Made by a program: the position numbers and the translations under genes
Notes under the pieces: model-generated
What the model saw: the letters and a program-made list of their open reading frames with translations, nothing else
The model's database searches: none
Told to the model about the DNA's origin: nothing
Part shown: positions 9,320 through 18,400 of the stretch, piece after piece
Position numbering within the stretch: position 1 is the first letter of the stretch
Layout of the letters: each line of letters starts with the position of its first letter
Assembly: GCA_015064485.1 (NCBI GenBank)
Contig: SVSD01000001.1
Coordinates: forward strand, 88,989 to 152,988
From: Oscillospiraceae bacterium
GTDB lineage: Bacteria > Bacillota > Clostridia > Oscillospirales > CAG-382
DNA: 64,000 bases
Direction: 5' to 3'

Positions 9320-9540
9320 GGGGATAGGAAAAAATGCTTCAGAATGGACAAACAGCATCCGAAGGCGTACTTCCGTACGACGAGAGGTGCTGTTTGTTCA
9401 TAGCAAAAAAGAATAATCATTTTGAAAAACTCATTTTTTGAGTTTTTCTTTCATTTTACCGGATTTTTATCTCGATTTTTCTTTTAGTAATCTTTATTTT
9501 TCTTTTTTTGCGATCTGGATTTTTTTACATCCCTTTTTTC
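9320..9540. repeat. Repeat family A, copy 2
   Basis: Collinear with 6278..6487. One ~11-bp indel (ttttaccggattttt). Ends in tttttttacatccctttttt. Confidence 0.8.
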
Positions 9541-9570
9541 ATACAAACATTGAAGAAAATGTTTTGAGAG

Positions 9571-9606
9571 CAAAAACAAAAACGACTTGTTAAAACAAGT
9601 CGTTTT
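9571..9606 (-). terminator. tRNA-Gln terminator
   Basis: 10-bp stem aacgacttgt / acaagtcgtt with loop taaa. T-rich run on the minus strand. Confidence 0.75.
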
Positions 9607-9609
9607 CGT

Positions 9610-9683
9610 TGGCTGCCGGACTAGGATTCGAACCCAGACAAACAGAGTCAGAGTCTGTCGTGCTACCTTTACACAATCCGGCA
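9610..9683 (-). tRNA. tRNA-Gln (anticodon CUG), CCA encoded
   Basis: Minus-strand read tgccggattgtgtaaaggtagcacgacagactCTGactctgt..ggttcgaatcctagtccggcagcca. U1-A72 and G73 as in bacterial tRNA-Gln. 74 nt. Confidence 0.85.
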
Positions 9684-9715
9684 ATATTTAATTGGTTCTC
9701 TTTCGAACAGTCAAT

Positions 9716-9744
9716 ATATTATCATAAATTTACATTTTTGTCAA
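9716..9744 (-). promoter_or_regulatory. Promoter of tRNA-Gln
   Basis: Minus strand TTGACA (9744-9739), 17-nt spacer, TAATAT (9721-9716). Confidence 0.6.
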
Positions 9745-9812
9745 GAGCTTTTTTCAATTTTTTTCATTTTATTTGGTAAAATACTTACAGCAAAACAAAA
9801 ACGGAGAAATAT

Positions 9813-10388
9813 ATGAAGAAAAAACAAAACAAAAACAAGGAACTTATACAAAAATCAGCTTTTGGAGCGGTGTTTTCTGCCTGCGCCTGCGCGCTTTTGC
9901 TTATCGGAGGCATATTCGAAATCCTCGATATGACAGCCTCCGCTCTTGCTTCGCTTGCGGTTTTAATTACATATCTTGAATTCGGATTTTCGACAGCTCT
10001 TTCGGTTTATGCTGTAAGCAGCATTCTTTCTTTTATCCTTAATCCCGTCGCCACATCAAATGTTTATTATATACTTCTTTTAGGCTATTTTCCTGTAGCA
10101 AAGCTTATTATTGACAATAAGTTTAAAAATATCAGACCTCTTCGGGCACTTCTGAAATTTTTGATATTTAATATCGGCTGTGCGGCAATACTTTTCATAT
10201 TTTTTAAACTCACAGGTGCAGACAAGATTATGCAGGAATTCACAATAGGCGCTTTGTCGCCCCGGTATGTGATAATTATCATTTTTGCCCTTTTAAATCT
10301 GTTTCTTGTGCTGTATGACAGAATGATTTCTGTATTATCGGTTTTATATATCCGGGTTTTGAGAAGGCGTTTTTTATCCAAACGATGA
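9813..10388 (+). CDS. Polytopic membrane protein, function unknown
   Basis: K-rich N-terminus then 5-6 hydrophobic segments. GGAGA RBS before the ATG. Confidence 0.55.
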   Translation: MKKKQNKNKELIQKSAFGAVFSACACALLLIGGIFEILDMTASALASLAVLITYLEFGFSTALSVYAVSSILSFILNPVATSNVYYILLLGYFPVAKLIIDNKFKNIRPLRALLKFLIFNIGCAAILFIFFKLTGADKIMQEFTIGALSPRYVIIIIFALLNLFLVLYDRMISVLSVLYIRVLRRRFLSKR

Positions 10389-10548
10389 TCGCACAAAATA
10401 TGTGCGTAAATTTTCATTTTTTGACTTTTTGTTTGCGATTTATTACTAATCCTCATTATTATCAAAAAAAGCTTTGAAATCTTATGTTTATGTGATAAAA
10501 TGTAGAAAACAAGTTGTTGACATAACTTTTTGAAAGGAATGAATCGTT

Positions 10549-11991
10549 ATGACAAGAAAACTTTCCCTCGCCGCAAAAAACGCCGTTATTGCGATAGACG
10601 AGCTTAATCTTAAGGGATGCAAAACAACGGCAGAATATGAAAAAGGCATAGACGAAGTTGCTGAAAAAATGAAAACCGATATCGTTTTTTCTAAAAGCGA
10701 ATATGACTCTTCCCGCCCAACTTATTATGTTTCAAATTCCGGCGATGACGCAAACGACGGTCTTTCTCCCGAAACCGCATGGCAAACACTCGATAAAGTA
10801 AACGACCCCGACAGTTTTCCTGAATACTCAAACATTCTCTTTGAAAGAGGAGGTTTATGGAGAGGTATGATAAAAGTTCCGAAAAACGGAATTACCTTTT
10901 CTGCATACGGTGTAGGACAAAAGCCCCGTCTTTACGGTTCAAAAAGAAATTATGCAAAGCCCGCGTACTGGAAAAAGACAGAATATGAAAATGTCTGGGT
11001 AACAGATCTTTGTACCAAAAATGTCGGTCTTGTAGCGATAAATCACAGCGATGTTCTCGGAAAATATGACGAGATTATGTGTACAAGAAATATTGTAGGA
11101 AAAGATGGATTCGAAGGCCCCGCAGACCTTAAGGGCGAGTTTAATTTTTACGGGCATCTTGATGAAGAACTTGTATATCTCTACAGTCCCTTGGGTAACC
11201 CCGGCGATGTTTATGACAGCATTGAACTTGGAGAGGGTTACACTCTTGTTTCTCCCGCTGCAAATGCGCTTCGTGATCTTACTTTTGATAACCTCCATTT
11301 AAGATATGTCGGTGCACACGGAATCGCAGGTCTTGGCGGAAGAGAAAATGTAACCGTAAAAAACTGCATTATAGCTTATTTGGGCGGTTCTATTCTCGAC
11401 GGCTTCAAAGGCAGCAGAGTTGTCGGCTTCGGCAATGCTGTTGAAACATACGGTGCCTGCAACGGCTATTATGTAAATTCAAACTGGATATATCAGATAT
11501 ATGATACGGCTATCACCCATCAGTTCTCGGTGTGCGGCGAGGATTGCTTTATGGACGACATCGAATATGCAGGAAATCTTTGCGAATACTGCCATTGGTC
11601 AATAGAATTCTACAATCAGCCGGCACAAGGTACAAAGAGATATGTTCACGATGTTGATGTTCACCACAACATTCTCCGCTGCGGCGGTATGGGCTGGGGA
11701 AGCGAAGGAAGAGAAGACGGTGCCGCTCTTTTTAACAGCTTCATTCTTCCTCCCGATACTGTAAACTTTGTTACACACCATAACATTTATGACAGATCTG
11801 CCGGCGGAATTGTCCGTCTTTACAGAGGCGGCGATGAAAACATCAAGGCTTTCAACAACACATACATCCAGAATCGCAACGGTCTTCTCGGAAGCGTATT
11901 CGAAGAAGACAGAGCTTTTGATAACGCCCGCGAACAGATACTCTTGTATTGTAAGGAAGAAAACGCAAGATTTTTCTATTCTGAAGAATAA
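10549..11991 (+). CDS. Right-handed beta-helix (pectate-lyase-fold-like) protein, no obvious signal peptide
   Basis: YYVSNSGDDANDGLSPETAWQTLDKV N-cap motif shared with two neighbouring genes. Glycine/asparagine-rich turns. Confidence 0.55.
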   Translation: MTRKLSLAAKNAVIAIDELNLKGCKTTAEYEKGIDEVAEKMKTDIVFSKSEYDSSRPTYYVSNSGDDANDGLSPETAWQTLDKVNDPDSFPEYSNILFERGGLWRGMIKVPKNGITFSAYGVGQKPRLYGSKRNYAKPAYWKKTEYENVWVTDLCTKNVGLVAINHSDVLGKYDEIMCTRNIVGKDGFEGPADLKGEFNFYGHLDEELVYLYSPLGNPGDVYDSIELGEGYTLVSPAANALRDLTFDNLHLRYVGAHGIAGLGGRENVTVKNCIIAYLGGSILDGFKGSRVVGFGNAVETYGACNGYYVNSNWIYQIYDTAITHQFSVCGEDCFMDDIEYAGNLCEYCHWSIEFYNQPAQGTKRYVHDVDVHHNILRCGGMGWGSEGREDGAALFNSFILPPDTVNFVTHHNIYDRSAGGIVRLYRGGDENIKAFNNTYIQNRNGLLGSVFEEDRAFDNAREQILLYCKEENARFFYSEE

Positions 11992-12109
11992 TTCGTTTTT
12001 ATATACAAAAACACCTCAAATATGAGGCGTTTATCAGTGCAAACTATTGACATATATTTTTTTAGTGGTATAATTATTATAATGAAATATTTTTTTGAGG
12101 TGGTATATT

Positions 12110-14239
12110 ATGAAAATGAGAAAACTTCTTGCATTTTCCATATGCGTAATCACTTTGGTTTTGCTTACCGTAACCTCTGTTGCGGCAGCTGAAATTTTCG
12201 TTTCCTCATCGGGAAGCGATTCAAACAACGGTCTTTCCGCAAGCACTGCTGTTGCTACTTTTGATAAGGCATACGCTCTTATCGGCAACAATGGCGGCAC
12301 AATTAAAGTACTTGACAATATGACTTATTCTGCAGGCGCAGCACATACAGGTGTTGTAACTGTAAAGGGTAATACTGCAAGTGTAAAACTTACTCTTCCC
12401 TCAGAAGTAAGTCTTAACGGTCCTACAACTTTTGAAACTGTTACTCTTTCCGGCGAATCCACAATATATGCTAACGGTCACCCTCTCACAGTACAGAGCG
12501 ATGTTACAAGTGATTCCCTCCTTACTGTTTACGGTGCTAAAAAAGATGCTTGGTTTTCCGGAACTACATCCGTAAAACTTTACGGCGGTCAGTACAAAAG
12601 AGTATTCGGCGGCGGTAACTATCAGGGTGCATCCGGTTCCGATATCGTTTTAGGCGGTAATGCAAACCCCAACGATAAAGCAACCGACAACGGTACATGT
12701 GAAGTATACGGCGGTGCTAACCACCAGTATGTTTCCCATACAAAAGTTACTCTTGAAGGAAACGCTATAACAAAATATGTATTCGGTTCGGGCGACTGGG
12801 GCGGTTCTCAGACAACTCAGATATACATCAAAGGCGGTCAGGCTATGAATGTATACGGCGGTTCAAAAGCAAATGCGCTCGGCAGCGACACAACCAATGC
12901 TTCCGCTACAGTTAAAATGACAGGCGGTAAGGTTGAAAGTATCTTCGGCGGTAACCACATTAGTGTTTCAAACGGCACTTCATACGGCTCTTTTACAGGT
13001 CAGACAATAGTTTCTGTTACAGGCGGAGAGGTTACACGCCGTGTTTATACGGGTTCCTATAACGATGCGGACGGATTTTTCTCTCTCAGCTATTCCTCCG
13101 ACTTGTATATAAAAGGTTCAACATTCCTTGTAATCGGTCCTGATGCGAAGCTTGTTACTAATGTTCAGTCAAACTCCGGTATATTCTCCGGAAGCCGTAC
13201 TGCTTCTCAGCACGACGATGAAATCAACACAGTAATATTCCTTGACGGCTGCTATTCAGCACAGTCCTCAAAGCTTGGCGAAAAAGGTTCTTCTTATGCA
13301 AGCTATTTCAATAGCCACCACGATTATATCGTAAAAGCTTCCGCAAACGGTACTGTTGACCCGGCAGACGCAGCAGGAACAATAAAAATTAGTCCTGCAG
13401 CAAATTATGTCGGTAAAATAGGCACAAAGGCTTACAACGCAAACGACACTTACACTCTTGCCCAGGCAGAAACAGAAGTCAATTTCGTTAAACCCGTTGT
13501 TGAAGAAAACGGAACAATTACAGTCAATGTTGACGGTCAGACAATTGACCTTAAGCAATATGCAAGCTACGAAAAACACGGCGACGGCTATTTCTTCAAC
13601 GGCTGGAAAGTCAACGGTGCATATGTTCCCCTTGGCGAAGACAGAATTTATGAAGCAAATGCCGGTGATGTTCTGACTCCTGTATCTACCGCAGTTTCTC
13701 TTGAAGAAACAGGCGATATGTATGTTCTCGGAGCACAGATAAGAGAAGCTGCAAACGGAAAATACGACTTGCGTTTCGTTACACAGTTCAGCCGTGATTT
13801 CCTTGCAACAGATGTAATCGGCATCACAGCTTACGGCGGAGAAAATGTTCAGTATGGCCACATAGTCCTTCCTAAAGAAGATAAATTTGTCGGAATGAGA
13901 TTGGTTGGCGAAATAGTTCCCAACGATAAAACCGGCGATAATGATGTTGTCTTTGTTGAAAAAGAAGAGCTTCTTGAACTTGACAAACCTACATTGACAG
14001 GTTATATCCCCAGAAATGTTCCCGCTGTTAAGCTCTTTGAAGAACCCTCTGATGATTACATCAAGTTCACTGTATGTATTACAAATATTGCAACAAGAAA
14101 TTACGACAGAAATTACATCGTTCGTCCTTATGTAAAATACACAGACGGCAACGGCGTTGACAGAGTAATTTACGGCGAACAGTATAGCGCAGCAAGCGTA
14201 AACAGCACTCTTGCTGAACAGGCAAAAGCAAACATTTAA
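12110..14239 (+). CDS. Secreted beta-helix-like repeat protein
   Basis: ATG 12110 after GAGGTGG. Signal peptide MKMRKLLAFSICVITLVLLTVTSVAAAE. IFVSSSGSDSNNGLSASTAVATFDKA. Recurrent VYGG/VFGGGN/IFGGN turns. C-terminal domain shared with the 8333 product. Confidence 0.62.
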   Translation: MKMRKLLAFSICVITLVLLTVTSVAAAEIFVSSSGSDSNNGLSASTAVATFDKAYALIGNNGGTIKVLDNMTYSAGAAHTGVVTVKGNTASVKLTLPSEVSLNGPTTFETVTLSGESTIYANGHPLTVQSDVTSDSLLTVYGAKKDAWFSGTTSVKLYGGQYKRVFGGGNYQGASGSDIVLGGNANPNDKATDNGTCEVYGGANHQYVSHTKVTLEGNAITKYVFGSGDWGGSQTTQIYIKGGQAMNVYGGSKANALGSDTTNASATVKMTGGKVESIFGGNHISVSNGTSYGSFTGQTIVSVTGGEVTRRVYTGSYNDADGFFSLSYSSDLYIKGSTFLVIGPDAKLVTNVQSNSGIFSGSRTASQHDDEINTVIFLDGCYSAQSSKLGEKGSSYASYFNSHHDYIVKASANGTVDPADAAGTIKISPAANYVGKIGTKAYNANDTYTLAQAETEVNFVKPVVEENGTITVNVDGQTIDLKQYASYEKHGDGYFFNGWKVNGAYVPLGEDRIYEANAGDVLTPVSTAVSLEETGDMYVLGAQIREAANGKYDLRFVTQFSRDFLATDVIGITAYGGENVQYGHIVLPKEDKFVGMRLVGEIVPNDKTGDNDVVFVEKEELLELDKPTLTGYIPRNVPAVKLFEEPSDDYIKFTVCITNIATRNYDRNYIVRPYVKYTDGNGVDRVIYGEQYSAASVNSTLAEQAKANI

Positions 14240-14246
14240 CTTAAAT

Positions 14247-14283
14247 AAAATGCCGGGGTTTAACTCCCCGGCATTTTTGTTTT
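14247..14283 (+). terminator. Terminator of the 12110 gene
   Basis: aaatgccgggg / ccccggcattt stem followed by tttgtttt. Confidence 0.8.
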
Positions 14284-14330
14284 AATTATACTTAAAAACA
14301 AAAACGCAAATAAGTCAAAGCGGAGGAAAA

Positions 14331-14840
14331 ATGAAGTTTGAAAAAATCTCGCCCTCGGAATTTCCTTTTATATACAAAGAAATGGAAAAAAGCTTTATAA
14401 AAGAAGAAATACGCGACTTTGATGATGCTGTGAAAGTTCTTGAAAACCCGGATTATTCCGTTTATCATATAGAATATGACGGCAAAAAAGTTGGTTTTAT
14501 CACAGTTTGGAAACTCTCGGAGTATTATTTTATCGAACATTTTGCCGTGTATGAAAAATACAGGAATATGGGTTTCGGAAAAACTGCAATCGGGCTTTTT
14601 TGCCAAAAACACAAAAAGGTCTTTCTTGAAGCAGAGCCACCGCATACAGACCTTGCATCACGCCGTATAAACTTTTATAAGCGTTGCGGTTTTTGCATTA
14701 ATGATTTTAAATATATGCAACCGTCCTACCGCAAGAATGGAGACGGAATAGAACTTGTTATCCTAAGCTTCGGAGAAGTTCTTCCCTGCCATAAAAAGAC
14801 CATCAAAGAGCTTTATAAAGCTGTGTACGGGGTATTGTGA
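14331..14840 (+). CDS. GNAT-family acetyltransferase
   Basis: 169 aa. ..IEHFAVYEKYRNMGFGKTAI.. acetyl-CoA-binding-type segment. Confidence 0.7.
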   Translation: MKFEKISPSEFPFIYKEMEKSFIKEEIRDFDDAVKVLENPDYSVYHIEYDGKKVGFITVWKLSEYYFIEHFAVYEKYRNMGFGKTAIGLFCQKHKKVFLEAEPPHTDLASRRINFYKRCGFCINDFKYMQPSYRKNGDGIELVILSFGEVLPCHKKTIKELYKAVYGVL

Positions 14841-14899
14841 TTTTTGAAAATATGCCGTTTAAAGCCATAATGGTAAATCCGGCTTCTATAAGATATATG

Positions 14900-15380
14900 G
14901 AGTTCGGACATAATTTGTTTCCCCTTTACTCCGTTAAAAAAACGCACCTTTGTGTGCGGCTTTTACTGTGATACGAAAACCACGCGATAGTCGCATGGTT
15001 CAACATAGGATAACCGGCGAACAGAAATAGAGTTAGTTGCATAGAACAAATGAGAAAACCGGCAGAAAGTTTAATATTCCCTTGTGTAAAGGGCGATGGG
15101 TTTCTGACACAAACTCGGAGGGATTGTAATAGTCAATGCAAGGAATATAACCAGACGAGCAATCCTTCAGTCAGCTTCGTTGACAGCTCCCTTTACATAA
15201 GGCGGCCTTTTTTTGTGAAAAAGTCACCGACAAGTTTGCTATAACAACCCACTTACGGGTAGCAAGTAAAAGCCCATGGCTGGCAGACTAATTTAAAACT
15301 CACTTGTGCTTTGTCGGTATTATTTAGAGCTTTGCCCGAAAATAAATATTCACCCGCATAGCCGTGGATATTTATTATAA
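14900..15380. ncRNA. Candidate structured RNA of unknown class in a convergent intergenic region (boundaries and strand uncertain)
   Basis: 617 bp between two gene ends with no credible ORF. Interrupted 14-bp helix 15104-15108+15118-15126 with 15160-15168+15170-15174 (one G-T pair that works only on the plus strand). Hairpins at 15079-15093 and 15236-15265. Helix 15226-15233 with 15311-15318. Confidence 0.3.
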
Positions 15381-15422
15381 ACAAAAGTTAACACCCCGAT
15401 AGATAATTCTGTCGGGGTGTTA
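15381..15422 (-). terminator. Terminator of the 1357-aa surface-protein gene
   Basis: aacaccccga / tcggggtgtt stem. T-rich run on the minus strand. Confidence 0.8.
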
Positions 15423-15457
15423 TTTGCATTTTATGTTTTGCTATACAACCGAAAGTT

Positions 15458-18400
15458 TTATTTGACTTCGGGAGCGTATTTGGAGAATGTCATAGACTTG
15501 AGATACACGGTATCGCCGGGAAGTCTGTAACAAGGCAAACTACCGATCGGGCAGAACTGGAATTGTCTGTAAATAGCAGTTGCGGGAATACCCGATTGTG
15601 AAACCACTTCAGAAAGATCAAATGTTACCGCTGCCCACTTGTTTGCTTCAACTTCATTCATACTGATGACATTTTTGCCTATCCAGTTGGATGTTGAGCC
15701 GTTTTCAAGCTTAAAGTTACCGACAAGAAGTGAACCGTAACCGCCCTTGGCAGCTTCAGTTTCTGTCTTGTAGTAATAAACTATTGTTACATACTTATAA
15801 TCGCCGGCATTTGCCCAAGAATAATCAAGCGACCAGTTATTGATCTTTATGGGATTTACGCCGTTATCAGACTTGATTTCTGTTACATCATTTTCGTAAT
15901 CAAATGTTGTTGTCTTGGTCTTCATTGTTCCCGAGATTTCATGTTCAAGGTTTGCAAATGCATTGTCAACAACAATCGGAGCGTCATCAGATCTGTATAC
16001 CGGGTTTCTTCCCTTATCGTTTGCATAAATCGAAAGGTCATAAAGAATCACTATAGAAGGAAGTTCCCATGAAGTACGCTTTATCCATTCAGCTTCAAAT
16101 ACGATAACTGCATTTTCGTCAACCTTAGGAACGGTATAAGAAGTAAGAGCACCGTAAAGCTTTCCGGAATTGCCGTTTATATATTCTCTCCAGCCCGCGA
16201 ACTTGTATCCTGTCTTTGCCATTGTGGATGCGGAAGGAAGTGTGATTGTGCCGAGGATTTCAACCGAAATACCCTCTTCTCCGTAAGGAGCAGTACCGGT
16301 TGCGCCTTCGCCTTTTGTAAATGTAATGGGATTTGCAAGAACAGGGGCCTCGTCTGTCTTTTCTGTAAAGGCGTAAACAAATCTGATCTTGCCGTCGTTG
16401 CCGAGTTTTGCATCGACAGATATTCCGTTGATTTCTACATACGGCGCAAGATAGAAGTCATCAAAGAAGTAGCCTTTATCCGGAACTATGACAAGGTTTG
16501 CGCTGTAAAGGGTGTCATATTCAAACATACCGTTTGACTTTTCAACATCCGGATTCCAGCTTTCAACCATTATTTTAACATTTTCAGTTGCAGGTGTAAC
16601 AGAAACTGTAGCGGCAGGTGCTCCTCCTACAGGAGTTCCGATATCGCCTTCAATAACTACATCCTGCTTCTTGATAGGTTCGCCGAAACGAACTCTGTTT
16701 ATACCGGTATTTATGTTGTATATCGCAACATCCTGAGAACCTGTATAAAGTTCCATAGCGTCTTCTGCGGGATTATAGATTTCAAAGTTTCCGTCTGCAG
16801 TTACAGAAACCTTACCCTTATAATTTATAGGAGAAGTTACTCCTGTTGTACCGCCGATACCGGAATCTATTATAAATACTTTTCTGTTTCTTTCCTTGAG
16901 GTTTGCAATAAGGTTTGCGTCAACATCAGGCATAGAGCCGTCGTTGAAGAAAATCATTGTTGCAAGATTGCTGTCTGCGGCATAATGTGCAAGAGAAGAT
17001 TTGAGTGTGCCGATTTCACTGTTATAAACATTTACGATAATATGTCCGCCGAAAGTAGCCTGAACATCTCCGTAAGGCGAAAGGTCGATATTATTGATTT
17101 CTGCGCCCTTTATTGTAAGCATTACATCTCCTGCAATACCCTGTGCGGAATCCATAAGATTTCGTCCGCCGAGATAATAGGAGCCGATCTTTACATTATT
17201 ATTGATTGTTGTATCAACAAAATCTACTGTTTTACCATAACCGTCACCGTCGATAATATCGAGAAGAGCAGAACCTTCAACATTTTCAAGGTTGGGACCG
17301 ATAACGGCTTTATGTCCGTTTGTTACAAGGTATGCACCCGAGCTTACATTGAGCTTTATGTTTTCGATCACAGTATCTGAACCGAGAAGCATATAACCTG
17401 TGATATTGAGAACAGATTCTTCATCGTCACCTGTGATTGTGATGTTTCCGAGCTGCTCGTCGTTTGCCATACCGAGATCGCCCTTGATATCCGCTTCATC
17501 CAAAACGATAATCGTAGCGTCCTGACCTGCTCCGAGAACCTCAAGAGCTGTTCTTATTGTCTTAAAGGGGTTTTCCTTGGAACCGTCATTGTAATCAGCT
17601 CCTGTTTCCTTATCCACATAGAAGAATTCTCCGCTGAGAGCGTTTTCTTCCCATGCAGCATAAAGACAAATGTTGTAAACGCCGTCTTCGAAAAGCTCTT
17701 CGACATCATAAATTTCACCGGGATAATACTCGTTGTCATTATCGTCAAACCAATGAGTAAACTTATATCCGATATAGGAGTAGTTGTTTTCGGGAATTGT
17801 TACAAAACCGTTCGCAAGAATATCGATATCGTCATGAGAGCCCTTTATCTGAGAAGGATCGCCGTTTTTGGTAGGTTCAAAATTAACAGTATAGATTACT
17901 TCCTCTTCCCATACAGGAACAAGAGTAATTCCTTCTGCTGATATTTCATCTGCTGCGATAATTGCACCAAACTCGTATTCTGCTCCGTTTTGGTCTTCAT
18001 ACTTTGTGTATGTATATCCGAGTTTTGCAAAAACAGGTGTTGAAGGAACTGTATACTGTTCGCCCTCGTTAAGATAAACTGTTGTAGGAACATTGTTTAC
18101 AAGATACACTTCTTCGTCGAATTCATCTGCAAATCCAACAAGAGAAATCTTTTTCATATCCGCAGAGGGTTCTGTATAATCCGCAACATAAGTAAATGTT
18201 ATTGTATTACCGTTCTGTATATGATCTGTAATACGGTAACCGCCCACATTATCCTTGCTGTATGCAGAAAGACCGTTGATCTTAAACTCATAAGCCTTGG
18301 GAAGTACAAAACCGTCTTTTGTTGTAAGGGTTACATCGTATGTATACTTTTCGTAGTATCCGACAGTGTCATCTGTTGTTCCGTTTGAATTTGTAATAAC

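Noticed and set aside
15050-15244. 64-aa ORF in the convergent intergenic region
   Set aside because: No RBS, no recognisable family, and it overlaps the best-supported RNA helices.
14841-15457. Possibility that this region is tmRNA, RNase P RNA or SRP RNA
   Set aside because: None of the expected signatures appears on either strand. For tmRNA I found no GGGG..TTCGAC 5' end, no tRNA-like ..GGTTCGA.TCC..CCACCA 3' end and no credible ..LAA-type tag frame. For RNase P I found no GAGGAAAGTCC P4 strand or ACAGAA..GGCTTA partner. For SRP I found no GGAAGCAGCC-type domain IV motif. Kept only as an unclassified candidate.
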